From an uncultured Gammaproteobacteria bacterium (GTDB lineage Bacteria; Patescibacteriota; Microgenomatia; Levybacterales; GWA1-39-11): DNA of 64,000 nt. Under the pieces are notes generated by a model, which made no database searches, was not told the origin of the DNA, and saw only the letters and a list, made by a program, of their open reading frames with translations. Positions 49,678 to 59,517 of the stretch are shown piece after piece; positions within the stretch are counted from its first letter, which is position 1, and each line of letters starts with the position of its first letter. The DNA lies in assembly GCA_964651815.1 (NCBI GenBank), contig CAZYWG010000001.1, positions 129,189 through 193,188 of the forward strand, in the 5' to 3' direction. The translations under genes were made by a program, and so were the position numbers.

Positions 49678-51381
49678 CTATTTTTCAATAAGCCAATTTT
49701 CAAGTAGTAAGCCGTCTAAACCACTATGCGTAAATGTCCAATACGCAGTTTGCAAAGTCCCACACAGCGGATACCCATGAATATTAAATGAGGTGTTTAA
49801 TAACCCACCAACACCCGTAATTTTTTTAAATTCCTTCAAAATACTCTCAAGACCCGGATTCCATTCGTTAACAGTTTGAGGTCTTGTTGTTAAATCAAAG
49901 GGATGAAGTCCTGCAATAATATCTTTTGCCTGTTCGGTTGTATCAAAAGCCTCAATCATATACGGTGAGAATCTGCTTTTTTTAACATATTTTGGCTGAT
50001 CCCCCTCTAGAATTGCTGGGGCAAACGGCATCCAGAAATCTCTTTGCTTAATCGCAACATTAATTTTTCTGATTATACTCAGATTTCTTGGGTCGGCTAA
50101 AATACTCCTATTTCCAAGAGCTCGGGGACCAAATTCATCTCTTCCAGCAAATCGCGCAATGACTTTTCCATTTTTAAGATATGATGAAACTTCTTTCGCA
50201 GACACTTTTCGCGGCTTTTTTTTTAATTTTTTAGATGAAATAAAATCTGTAATTTCTTCTTCGGTATATTGATGGCCATAATAAAGGCTGTCTATTATTG
50301 TTTTTTTTGCAGTTAATTTGTTCTTTTCACAATATCTATAATATCCCTCTAAAGCCACTCCTACTGGAGCTCCACCATCTTCTGCTGCTGGATATACAAA
50401 AAAACTTTCAACCTCTGGAAGTTCACGAATAAGCTTATTGGTTTTAACATTTAAAAAGGACCCTCCTGCACAAACTATTTTATGAATTTTAGTTTCTTTA
50501 ATTGCGTTTTTTACCCAATTCACAACTAGTTCTTGAAAATATTCTTGAGTTGCTGCGGCAATGTTGTCAAAACGCTTACCACGAAGCATTTTTTGATAAA
50601 CCTTTTGCATTTTTTTTAAATAGTGACCAGATATATTTTCAAACTCAAGTGGATTACCTGGATTAATTCGCACAACATTCCTTAAATCATCAATTATACC
50701 GGTTGATTTACCGTATGGTGCAAGACCCATTACTTTATATTCGTGTTCCCACCTTTTCATACCAAGATATGCTGTGATTTCAGAATATAGATTATTGCCG
50801 ATACTGTCATAATAACTTGTCTCAGCTATTCGCTTCATATTAAATTGGCTACCTATACTCACTGTCGCTGAAATACTATCTCCCATTCCATCCAAAGTAA
50901 ATATCAGGGTTTTTTCACTCCATGGTCTTTGATAAAAAGCACATGCAGCATGGACAATATGATGTTCTATGAACTGAATTGGCTTTCCATACATACCTAG
51001 CATTTCTAACTGATTAATGAGCTCTTCTTTTTTTCGAAAGAGATGAAATAATGCAACAGCTGAGTGACTGAGCCATTTTTGGTGAAACCATGGTGAGAAA
51101 ATTTCCGCGAGCAAATGTACTGTATTTTTTTCTACCTTTACAGGGTTGTCGAGCCTTAGTAAACTTGCAATAGTAATAAGAGTCACGTCTCTAGGAGAAA
51201 TGCCAGAAATTTCAAACACTTTTTTAATTGCTAATTTTGGAACTCCTGAAAAGTTTTTTTCATTATTCAACCGTTCTTCGTTAATTGCAGCAATAACCTT
51301 TCCATCAACAACTAACGCTGCCCCGGCATTATGTCCGTCATGAATACCTAATATTACAATTTTATTCTGTGTCGTTTCCAT
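49678..51381 (-). CDS. O-carbamoyltransferase (NodU/CmcH/TobZ family)
   Basis: EERL, EHHIVHA, DGMGD, EYKVMGLAPYG, GPRALGNRSILA, NTSFN. Confidence 0.93.
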   Translation of the reverse strand: METTQNKIVILGIHDGHNAGAALVVDGKVIAAINEERLNNEKNFSGVPKLAIKKVFEISGISPRDVTLITIASLLRLDNPVKVEKNTVHLLAEIFSPWFHQKWLSHSAVALFHLFRKKEELINQLEMLGMYGKPIQFIEHHIVHAACAFYQRPWSEKTLIFTLDGMGDSISATVSIGSQFNMKRIAETSYYDSIGNNLYSEITAYLGMKRWEHEYKVMGLAPYGKSTGIIDDLRNVVRINPGNPLEFENISGHYLKKMQKVYQKMLRGKRFDNIAAATQEYFQELVVNWVKNAIKETKIHKIVCAGGSFLNVKTNKLIRELPEVESFFVYPAAEDGGAPVGVALEGYYRYCEKNKLTAKKTIIDSLYYGHQYTEEEITDFISSKKLKKKPRKVSAKEVSSYLKNGKVIARFAGRDEFGPRALGNRSILADPRNLSIIRKINVAIKQRDFWMPFAPAILEGDQPKYVKKSRFSPYMIEAFDTTEQAKDIIAGLHPFDLTTRPQTVNEWNPGLESILKEFKKITGVGGLLNTSFNIHGYPLCGTLQTAYWTFTHSGLDGLLLENWLIEK

Positions 51382-51683
51382 ATTATGCTAGTATTAATTT
51401 CTAAATCTAAAATATTGCAAGTGGAAAATGAAAATCCCAAAAAAAGCTTTATTTTTCCTGCTCGCTAATTGCTGAATTATATCACACGTTGCGTTCCTTA
51501 GAATAATTCAATAGTGTGATTGTTATGCATTAAATTGGAGAGGTTTAATACTTTGTTAACACCTCTGTCAACCATAAAATTTGGTAAAAAATTATTTAAG
51601 TGCTATCCACTAAAATACAATACGTTGACAATTATGCTATGTATGCTAGTATCAAATTTAAATCATGAAAATAAAACCTCCAA

Positions 51684-53030
51684 ATGTATAATTTTTTCAA
51701 AAAAAATTGGATTTATTTTTCCACAGGATTCATCCTTCTAATTGCTAATTCGTTACTTTTTATTCTCTCAAAACCGGCTGTTGCAATGGAGCTTTTTTAT
51801 TATCCTTGGCTAATTGAAAAAGGCCTCCTCATATACAGGGATTTTTACCATGACCACGGTCCATTACTTAGCTATCTTCTTGCTCCTTTAACTTTAGATA
51901 AATCATTACTTACACTTAAAATGTTTTATATTTTGGTACAAGACGTTAACCTAGCGCTTGTTTTAATCATAATAAAAAGATTTTCTAAGTTTTCGGGTTT
52001 TATTGTTGGAGGGATAGTTTTTATATTGTTAAATTTTATCTTCTCGTACATGTATTTTTGGGACGAGCAGCTAATTGCAACATTTTTTTTGTTAATTTTT
52101 TATGTCCTTAGCATTAAAGATTTTCCATTAAAAACAGCAGTCCTTGGCGTTCTGATTGGACTTTTAGCCTTAATAAAGCCTAACGTAGTGATTATCACAA
52201 TTCCTGTATTTTTTTTATATAAAAGGAAATCTTTCTTATTTTATACAATTTTGGTTTGGTTAATTGCCACGTTATTTTTTTTAGTTCAACATGCGGTTCC
52301 TAATATTATTGATAACGTCATTTTATATAACATCTTTTATCAAAACTTCTCCAGAAACAGCTATCCTTATCTCGAAACCCTTAAAAACCTACAATTTTTC
52401 CTAAACTTTCTCCTTGTCATTTCCATTTTTGCGGTCTTTAACATAAATAAAAAAAACATTAATGTCAGATTGCTCATTTTCATGTTGGTATCGTTAGTCA
52501 CAATATACCCAGAGTTGGGCTATATGCGTTTTGTCCCTTTTGGGGGATTTTTTGCTATTTTTATAGCTTATTTATTTACTATTACTAATAAGAAATTATT
52601 TTTTCTAGCTGTATTGATTTTATACATGGTTGGTTTTTCTTTACAAATAAAAAGCATAATAAAAACCCATCAACATTTAATATCAGTGACTGAAGGTAGT
52701 AGGAACCTGAAGATTGTAAGTTATCTAAAAACAAATAATCTCTATGAGAAAAATTTTTACATCATGAGCAATAATCCCGAAATATATTATATGCTTGACA
52801 GGCCGATTCAACTGTACTTTCCCTTAATGTACCCGAATCTTTCAAGCTACTATAAGAACTATCAACAAACATATATTAATGACTTAAACAGAAATAAAAC
52901 TTACACAGTAATAATTCCACAACCGCTAAGCGTAATTTATGCACAAGCCACTACTCTAATTGCTTTTGTAAAAACAAACTATAAACTTTCTTACAAAGAT
53001 AAAGATTTTTTAGTTTATACAAAAAGATAA
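51684..53030 (+). CDS. Multi-TM GT-C-like glycosyltransferase
   Basis: GLLIYRDFYHDHGPLL, IKPN; about 11 TM plus C-terminal soluble domain. Confidence 0.65.
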   Translation: MYNFFKKNWIYFSTGFILLIANSLLFILSKPAVAMELFYYPWLIEKGLLIYRDFYHDHGPLLSYLLAPLTLDKSLLTLKMFYILVQDVNLALVLIIIKRFSKFSGFIVGGIVFILLNFIFSYMYFWDEQLIATFFLLIFYVLSIKDFPLKTAVLGVLIGLLALIKPNVVIITIPVFFLYKRKSFLFYTILVWLIATLFFLVQHAVPNIIDNVILYNIFYQNFSRNSYPYLETLKNLQFFLNFLLVISIFAVFNINKKNINVRLLIFMLVSLVTIYPELGYMRFVPFGGFFAIFIAYLFTITNKKLFFLAVLILYMVGFSLQIKSIIKTHQHLISVTEGSRNLKIVSYLKTNNLYEKNFYIMSNNPEIYYMLDRPIQLYFPLMYPNLSSYYKNYQQTYINDLNRNKTYTVIIPQPLSVIYAQATTLIAFVKTNYKLSYKDKDFLVYTKR

Positions 53031-53220
53031 ATTGATTAGGTGATAAATTATTCTACCTCATAAATGCGAGTTTTATTGGTGAAACTTTATTTAGCTTCAA
53101 ATTTACCATATAAATATCTGTAATTAACTAGGAAAAGAATTGCATAAATTATGGCATTTAATTTTAGCGTAATTTCCTTTCTTAAATAGTTGTTTAAGTG
53201 TTGTTGCAACCCTAAGCGCT

Positions 53221-53229
53221 TGCTATAAT
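53221..53229 (+). promoter_or_regulatory. Extended -10 leaderless-type promoter
   Basis: TGcTATAAT-7 nt-ATG (53237). Confidence 0.7.
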
Positions 53230-53236
53230 TGCGGGA

Positions 53237-54184
53237 ATGCAAACTAAAAACGTTTTTGTGACTGGTGGGACCGGATTTATTGGAGCAAACCTTATATACA
53301 GGTTGATTGGAAAAGGATTTACCATACATCTTCTCGTAAGAAAAGAAACAAATTTTTGGAGATTAAAAAAAATTCAAAATAAAATTCACACCCATTTTGT
53401 CGATCCTTTAGAACTGGGTGCTTTATCATCAACATTGAAAAAAATAAATCCAAATGCAATTTTTAATTTAGCGGCATACGGTGGATCATCATCAGAAACA
53501 GATATTCAGGAAACAATTCAAGCGAATATAAATATCACAGCAAATTTGCTGCTCGCTAGTCAAAACATCCCTTATAAAATTTTTGTGAATACCGGGTCGT
53601 CTTCAGAATACGGTTTTAAAAAAAATGCAATGAATGAAAATGATGCGCTTTCACCTAGCAGTTTTTACGCAGCAACAAAAGCTGGCGCAACATATTTATG
53701 TCAAGTTTTTTCAAAACAATATAAAAAACCAATCGTCACACTTCGTCCCTTCTCTGTTTACGGACCTTACGAGTCAAAAAACCGTTTTATCCCTACAATT
53801 GTTCAAAATCTTATCAACAAAAAAGACATAAATGTTACAAAAAGCCCATCACGACGAGATTTTATTTATATTGATGATATAATCGATGCGTATATTAAAA
53901 CTTATCAACTCGGCAAAAAATTAGGCGGTGAAATTTTCAATCTTGGGACAGGAAAAGAATATTCAAATCAAGAAGTGATAGAACAACTTTTTAAAGTATC
54001 AAAGAAAAAAGTTGCGGTAAATCATGGCGCATATGCAGAACGTTCCTGGGACACTCTCCACTGGAAAGCAGATATTTCAAAAGCCAAAAAAGGGCTTGAC
54101 TGGAAACCTAAATATACACTTGCACAAGGTCTAAAAAAAACGTTTAGATGGTTTTCTGAAAATTCAACTCTGTATGAAAATTAA
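53237..54184 (+). CDS. NAD-dependent NDP-sugar epimerase/reductase
   Basis: TGGTGFIG, GSSSEYG, YAATK, RPFSVYGP, RDFIY. Confidence 0.9.
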   Translation: MQTKNVFVTGGTGFIGANLIYRLIGKGFTIHLLVRKETNFWRLKKIQNKIHTHFVDPLELGALSSTLKKINPNAIFNLAAYGGSSSETDIQETIQANINITANLLLASQNIPYKIFVNTGSSSEYGFKKNAMNENDALSPSSFYAATKAGATYLCQVFSKQYKKPIVTLRPFSVYGPYESKNRFIPTIVQNLINKKDINVTKSPSRRDFIYIDDIIDAYIKTYQLGKKLGGEIFNLGTGKEYSNQEVIEQLFKVSKKKVAVNHGAYAERSWDTLHWKADISKAKKGLDWKPKYTLAQGLKKTFRWFSENSTLYEN

Positions 54185-54929
54185 CAGAACATCAAAATCA
54201 TTTGAAAAATTTATTAAAAAGCTTTCCACCGAGCAAAAAAAATTAAGAATTAGAATCCTTGAAATTTCTAACGCTGCACAAATTAGCCATATTGGTTCTT
54301 GTTTTTCTTGTGTAGATATAATTGCAGCGATTTATAAAGTGAAAAAACCGGTAGATAAATTTGTATTGAGCAGCGGGCACGCCGGCGTTGCGTTATATTC
54401 GGTCCTTGAAAAAAAAGGGATGATGAAATCTCCCAGTATCGGAAATCTTCACATACACCCTGACAGGAACATCAAAAATGGAATTTACGTCTCAACGGGA
54501 AGCCTAGGACAAGGCTTACCAATTGCCGTTGGGTTTGCACTTGCCAATAGAAATGAGAATGTTTATTGTGTGGTTTCTGATGGGGAGTGTTTTGAGGGAA
54601 GTATTTGGGAGTCAATAAATATTGCATCAAGTCAAAGACTTGGAAATTTAAAAATAGTCGTTAACGCGAATGGTTTTGGGGCTTATGGGAAAACAGATGT
54701 AAACAAACTCGCTCCTAAGTTTATTGCTTTTGGAGCACGTGTTACAACTCTAGACGGACATGATGTCAAAAAAATTTCTAGTGCACTTTCCAAAAAGATA
54801 AAAAATAAACCAGTTGTCATTATTGCAAAAACTACTGTTGAGCAACTTCCTTTTTTACAAGGGCAGGATGCACATTATAAAATAATGATAGCAGAAGAAT
54901 TTAAGCTTGCCCGAGAAATCTTAAAATGA
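54174..54929 (+). CDS. Transketolase-like N-terminal ThDP-binding subunit
   Basis: SHIGS, SSGH, STGSLGQG, SDGE..EG..WE, DGHD. Confidence 0.9.
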   Translation: MKINRTSKSFEKFIKKLSTEQKKLRIRILEISNAAQISHIGSCFSCVDIIAAIYKVKKPVDKFVLSSGHAGVALYSVLEKKGMMKSPSIGNLHIHPDRNIKNGIYVSTGSLGQGLPIAVGFALANRNENVYCVVSDGECFEGSIWESINIASSQRLGNLKIVVNANGFGAYGKTDVNKLAPKFIAFGARVTTLDGHDVKKISSALSKKIKNKPVVIIAKTTVEQLPFLQGQDAHYKIMIAEEFKLAREILK

Positions 54930-55450
54930 AAGCCAAATTGCAAAAACTTAATATCAAACATCGTCATCCCACAATGAGGGGATGGTTTTCCTATGAACTT
55001 TATAATCTTATGTTGAAAGATGACAAAATATGGGTAATAGTTGGTGACTTAGGATATAAAATGTTCGACTTTATAAGAGAGGCTTTCCCCGAGCGATTTA
55101 TAAATACAGGGTCCGCGGAACAAGCAATGATAGGAATTGCAATAGGTCTTGCACTTCAAGGAAAGAAGCCTTTTGTTTATTCAATTACGCCATTTCTTCT
55201 CTATCGTCCATTTGAAACGATAAGAAACTATATTAATCAGGAAAAAATCCCAGTCCGTTTAATTGGCGCCGGACGAGATCGTGATTATCTACATGATGGG
55301 TTTTCTCATTGGGCAGAAGAGGATAAAAAAATAATGAAGATTTTTGGAAATATAAATTCTTTATGGCCAAGCAAAAACGAGGATATTCCATCACACGTTA
55401 AAAAAATGGTAAATACTAATAAACCATGGTACATTAACCTTAAGAAATAG
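54926..55450 (+). CDS. Transketolase-like pyrimidine-binding subunit lacking the C-terminal domain
   Basis: DLGY, RFINTGSAEQAM, GFSH; only 174 aa. Confidence 0.85.
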   Translation: MKAKLQKLNIKHRHPTMRGWFSYELYNLMLKDDKIWVIVGDLGYKMFDFIREAFPERFINTGSAEQAMIGIAIGLALQGKKPFVYSITPFLLYRPFETIRNYINQEKIPVRLIGAGRDRDYLHDGFSHWAEEDKKIMKIFGNINSLWPSKNEDIPSHVKKMVNTNKPWYINLKK

Positions 55451-55452
55451 AT

Positions 55453-56397
55453 ATGAAGAAAAAAATTTCAGCAATCATTGCATGTTATAAAGACGGAGAA
55501 GCAATTCCTGTGATGTATAAAAGACTTTCCGAAACTTTCAAGGCATTGAAAATTGATTATGAAATAATTTTTGTAAACGATGGCAGTCCTGATAATTCAG
55601 AGGAGGTAATAAGTAAAATCGTTGCAAAAGATGGACACGTTATAGGAATTAACCACTCAAGAAATTTCAGCTCCCAAATGGCATTTACAAGCGGAATGGA
55701 TATCTCAACGGGCGACGCAATTGTTTTTCTGGACGGAGACTTGCAAGACCCTCCTGAGATAATAAAAGACTTCTATAAAAAATGGATTGAAGGATATGAT
55801 GTCGTTTATGGTATCAGAGCAAAACGCGAAGCACCAATGTGGATGGCTCTTTCTTATAAATTATTTTATAGAATTTTTAATAAAATGTCCTACATAAAAA
55901 TGCCATTGGACGCTGGAGACTTTTCACTTATTGATAGGAGAGTGGTTGAAGTTTTAAAACAGTTTCCTGAAAGAGATAGGTTTCTACGGGGTCTTCGCGC
56001 TTGGGTAGGCTTTAAGCAAACTGGAATAAAATACGTAAGACCGGAAAGAATGTTTGGAAAAACAACAAATAATCTGTTCAAAAACATCAATTGGGCATTT
56101 AAAGGTATATTTTCTTTTTCGTATGTACCTTTGCAAATTATGACACTTATTTCTTTCTCAATATTTGTTTTGGCAATTATTGGAATTATTTTCCAAATTA
56201 TTATCCGTCTTTTTTTCAACGTAACCCCGCAAGGAACCACTACTGTTTTAATCGTCATATTATTTTTAGGTGCATTGCAACTTCTTGGCATAAGTATTCT
56301 TGGACAATATATGGGGAAAATTTTTGAGGAAGTAAAATTACGTCCAAAATATATTGTAAAAAGTATTATTAAACATTCCAACCCTCGTAGAAAATAA
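55453..56397 (+). CDS. GtrB/ArnC-like GT2 polyprenyl-phosphate glycosyltransferase
   Basis: VNDGSPD, SRNF, DGDLQDPP, GDFSL, two C-terminal TMs, RPKYIV. Confidence 0.9.
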   Translation: MKKKISAIIACYKDGEAIPVMYKRLSETFKALKIDYEIIFVNDGSPDNSEEVISKIVAKDGHVIGINHSRNFSSQMAFTSGMDISTGDAIVFLDGDLQDPPEIIKDFYKKWIEGYDVVYGIRAKREAPMWMALSYKLFYRIFNKMSYIKMPLDAGDFSLIDRRVVEVLKQFPERDRFLRGLRAWVGFKQTGIKYVRPERMFGKTTNNLFKNINWAFKGIFSFSYVPLQIMTLISFSIFVLAIIGIIFQIIIRLFFNVTPQGTTTVLIVILFLGALQLLGISILGQYMGKIFEEVKLRPKYIVKSIIKHSNPRRK

Positions 56398-57308
56398 TGA
56401 TGAAAGATGGACATCTCATAACTACTCATTGTGCCATCTGTGGTTTTGCCGAAAAAAAAGAAGAACTTTACACCACAACTTTTGATACTAAAAAAATAAA
56501 TAGTAAAACTTTTTCTGCCCGCCGTACTCCAGACCGCATGCATTACAGATTTGTCAGGTGTAAGAAATGTGGCCTAATTTTCTCAGATCCTATTCTCCCA
56601 GAAAAAAAGCTTAATGAACTTTATAAAAAAAGTGGCTTTACATATAGTCAGGAATCAAAATACCTTAAGAACACATACGGCTATTATTTATCGAAAATAA
56701 TTCCCAAAAAAGGAAAAGTTAAACTTCTTGATATTGGATGTGGCGACGGATTTTTTATGGAAGAAGCAAAAAATCTTGGGGCTACTGACATTTTTGGTAT
56801 TGAACCGGGTGCGCCATCTGTAAAACATGCACCTCAAAATATCCAAGGTAACATTAAAGTTGATATTCTTAGAAAAGGATTATTTAAACCCGGAACATTT
56901 GATATTATTACTTGTTTTCAAACCCTTGACCATATCCCTGATCCAAATGAGTTCCTAAAAATAACAAGAAATCTTCTAAAAAAGGGTGGCAAGGCACTAT
57001 TTATACAACATAATACTGATGGACTTTCCGTAAAAGTCCTGCATGAAAAATCCCCGATATTTGACGTTGAGCACATTTATTTATTCAACAAAAAAACACT
57101 CAAAAAGATTTTTGAAAAAAATGGTTTTAAGGTCAAAGGCGTATTCGATGTTAAAAACTGTTATCCAATATCATACTGGACACGTATGCTCCCTTTTTCA
57201 AGAGGGTTTAAAAAAATAATTCTGCCATTTCTTGACATAACAAAAATAGGTCTTATACCAATAACGATAGGTGCCGGTAATTTAGGAATAATCGCGGAAA
57301 AAATCTAA
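56397..57308 (+). CDS. Class I SAM-dependent methyltransferase with Zn ribbon
   Basis: CAIC...CKKCG, LDIGCGDG, TLDHI. Confidence 0.87.
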   Translation: MMKDGHLITTHCAICGFAEKKEELYTTTFDTKKINSKTFSARRTPDRMHYRFVRCKKCGLIFSDPILPEKKLNELYKKSGFTYSQESKYLKNTYGYYLSKIIPKKGKVKLLDIGCGDGFFMEEAKNLGATDIFGIEPGAPSVKHAPQNIQGNIKVDILRKGLFKPGTFDIITCFQTLDHIPDPNEFLKITRNLLKKGGKALFIQHNTDGLSVKVLHEKSPIFDVEHIYLFNKKTLKKIFEKNGFKVKGVFDVKNCYPISYWTRMLPFSRGFKKIILPFLDITKIGLIPITIGAGNLGIIAEKI

Positions 57309-57340
57309 TACTTATATTATGAATGTACCTTGTTATTATA

Positions 57341-57736
57341 TTATCTGTCTTTCAATCTGTAAACAAATTTTAACCCAGACCAAATATCATCAATTGCCGC
57401 AACCTTTACATCAACTAACCCATTTTCAAGTCCTTCTTCCCGAATAATATTTTCATTCAGATCTGTTTTAACGCCAGACATTTTTTTGGGCCATGAAATC
57501 CAAAGTGTTCCATCTTTGTTTAAGTGATTGCGAACACTCTCGAAAAATTTTTTAAGCTCCTCCTTACTTTTTGAGAAAAAGTGAACGTAATCAAATTCCC
57601 CTTCCAATTTTCCCTTAGTTTGAAGATTAACACCGAGCGCTTGACGAAATGTTTGTGGTTCATTGATAAAAATTATCTTATAATCCGGTTTTATTCCTAA
57701 TTTTTTAATCAATGGCGTTCCTGAATACCCAACCAT
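57341..57736 (-). CDS. DUF3052-like protein
   Basis: GYSGTPLIKKLGIK, WISWPKK, GLVDVKV, WSGLKFV. Confidence 0.8.
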   Translation of the reverse strand: MVGYSGTPLIKKLGIKPDYKIIFINEPQTFRQALGVNLQTKGKLEGEFDYVHFFSKSKEELKKFFESVRNHLNKDGTLWISWPKKMSGVKTDLNENIIREEGLENGLVDVKVAAIDDIWSGLKFVYRLKDR

Positions 57737-57796
57737 ATTTTGTAGTTTATCATAATTGCCCTACTTGAATTAAATCTCCTTTGCTATACTAAATAA

Positions 57797-58342
57797 ATGG
57801 AATGGGAATCTTGGCAATACAAAAATTTAACAATATTATTTTTCTCATTTCTTCTGTCTCTCGCGCTCGGAAGTTTTAAACCGTTCCACGAATTCCTTTT
57901 TACTGCCGGGTATTGGTCCGCATTTCTAGCCGGAGTAATTTTTGTTTTTACTTTTAGTGCCCCGATTGCTGCCGTTATACTTTTGATTCTTGCCGAAAAA
58001 CTTCCTATTTTCCTTGTGTTAGTTGCTGCCAGTTTTGGCGCAATACTCTCCGACTTTACAATCTTCCGTTTGTTCAAAGATGGTCTTGCTGAAGAAATCG
58101 AACCACTTTATGAAAATCTAGGCAAAAATCATTTTAAACATATATTGCGAACCAAACATTTTAGGAGACTTCTCCCTGTAATTGGCGCGATAATTATTTT
58201 GACTCCTCTTCCTGACGATGTGGGAATAAATCTTATGGGAATTCACAAACTAAAAAACCAACAGTTTTTGGTTTTGTCAGCGCTTGTTAACGTTGTTGGA
58301 ATAATTTTTATTCTTCTCCTATCTTTTGTGATCAAACCCTAA
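57797..58342 (+). CDS. Membrane protein, hypothetical
   Basis: 4-5 TM, TPLPDDVG motif. Confidence 0.7.
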   Translation: MEWESWQYKNLTILFFSFLLSLALGSFKPFHEFLFTAGYWSAFLAGVIFVFTFSAPIAAVILLILAEKLPIFLVLVAASFGAILSDFTIFRLFKDGLAEEIEPLYENLGKNHFKHILRTKHFRRLLPVIGAIIILTPLPDDVGINLMGIHKLKNQQFLVLSALVNVVGIIFILLLSFVIKP

Positions 58343-58344
58343 AT

Positions 58345-59517
58345 ATGCTGTTTAGCAACAATAAATTTTGGTATGGATTTATTATTTTTATAGCATTAAA
58401 CATTTTTTTATACGTTTTTATTTTTAAGTTTAACAAAATCCCTTTTGATTCATTTGATTACACGTATAATTCCCACCACTATCTTAGAGACAACAGGATA
58501 GATAAAGGCCCCTTTAATTTTTTGCGTTCTTTAGGGCAGTATGACGCACAATGGTATCTAAAAATTGCAAATGATTCTTATCCTACGCTTCCAAAAAATA
58601 TTGATATGAATAATAAAAAAGTTATGGATGGCCTAACTTTTGCTTTTTTCCCTTTTTATCCTCTGGCAATTCGAACAATAAATTACGCTTTTAAAAATGT
58701 AGAACTTAGTGCCTTTGTTCTTTCTAATTTGCTATTACTTCTCGACTTTATCAGTCTTTTTTTTGTTGTTTCAAAATTATATAAGATAGATATAGCATTA
58801 AAAACTATTTTTCTTCTCTTTCTTTTCCCATTTTCTATTTTCTTTAGAAGTTATTTTACAGAAAGCCTACTGCTTCTAGAGCTTGTTTGGTTTTCCCATT
58901 TTTTAATAAATAGAAAGTGGATTTTTTCGTCCATTATTTTAGGCCTTATGATAGTTACTCGGGGAGCAGGAATATTTATCCTCCCTGTATTTTTCTATTT
59001 TCTATACAAAAATACCAAAACCAGAAATTTAAATCTGCAGTCTTTCTTTTGGATTATCTTATTTTCTCTCACACCTTTGTTTTTATGGCTTTCTTATTGT
59101 TATTTACAGACCGGAAACGCTCTATATTTTTTGTCCATAAGAAGCGTATGGTTTTCTGATCCCGTTCCAATATTACATAACTTTCTTATGATTTTTCTAT
59201 TTTGGAAATTACCGCTTCACAATTTTCATACTTCACAAATAGATGTAACAACAATAATAGTTTTACTCGCTCTTTTGATTAAAAGTAAAAAAATGATTAA
59301 ACCGGAATTATGGCTGATAAGTTTTGCGCTTTGGTTAGGCCCGCTTCTCACAACTGATACTATGTCTTTCACCCGATACCAAATAATATCGTTTCCTATA
59401 TTTATATATCTAGCTCAAATTTTAGTAGGCTATAAATACTGGGCTTTGACAATAATTTTCTTTTTAGGTTTACTTTTTACTTCTCTTCTTTTTGTAAATT
59501 GGTACTGGCTCGGGTAA
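58345..59517 (+). CDS. PIG-V/GT76-like mannosyltransferase (GT-C)
   Basis: YDAQWYLKIA, AFFPFYP, FPFSIFF..FTESL, SFTRY. Confidence 0.8.
   Translation: MLFSNNKFWYGFIIFIALNIFLYVFIFKFNKIPFDSFDYTYNSHHYLRDNRIDKGPFNFLRSLGQYDAQWYLKIANDSYPTLPKNIDMNNKKVMDGLTFAFFPFYPLAIRTINYAFKNVELSAFVLSNLLLLLDFISLFFVVSKLYKIDIALKTIFLLFLFPFSIFFRSYFTESLLLLELVWFSHFLINRKWIFSSIILGLMIVTRGAGIFILPVFFYFLYKNTKTRNLNLQSFFWIILFSLTPLFLWLSYCYLQTGNALYFLSIRSVWFSDPVPILHNFLMIFLFWKLPLHNFHTSQIDVTTIIVLLALLIKSKKMIKPELWLISFALWLGPLLTTDTMSFTRYQIISFPIFIYLAQILVGYKYWALTIIFFLGLLFTSLLFVNWYWLG

Noticed and set aside
51520-51741. 73-aa ORF in the spacer before the GT-C gene
   Set aside because: TTG start, AT-rich, overlaps a promoter-like TTGACA...TAGTAT and the next gene; no motif support
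55890-56543. 217-aa minus-strand ORF
   Set aside because: Antisense to two well-supported genes and has no recognisable motif
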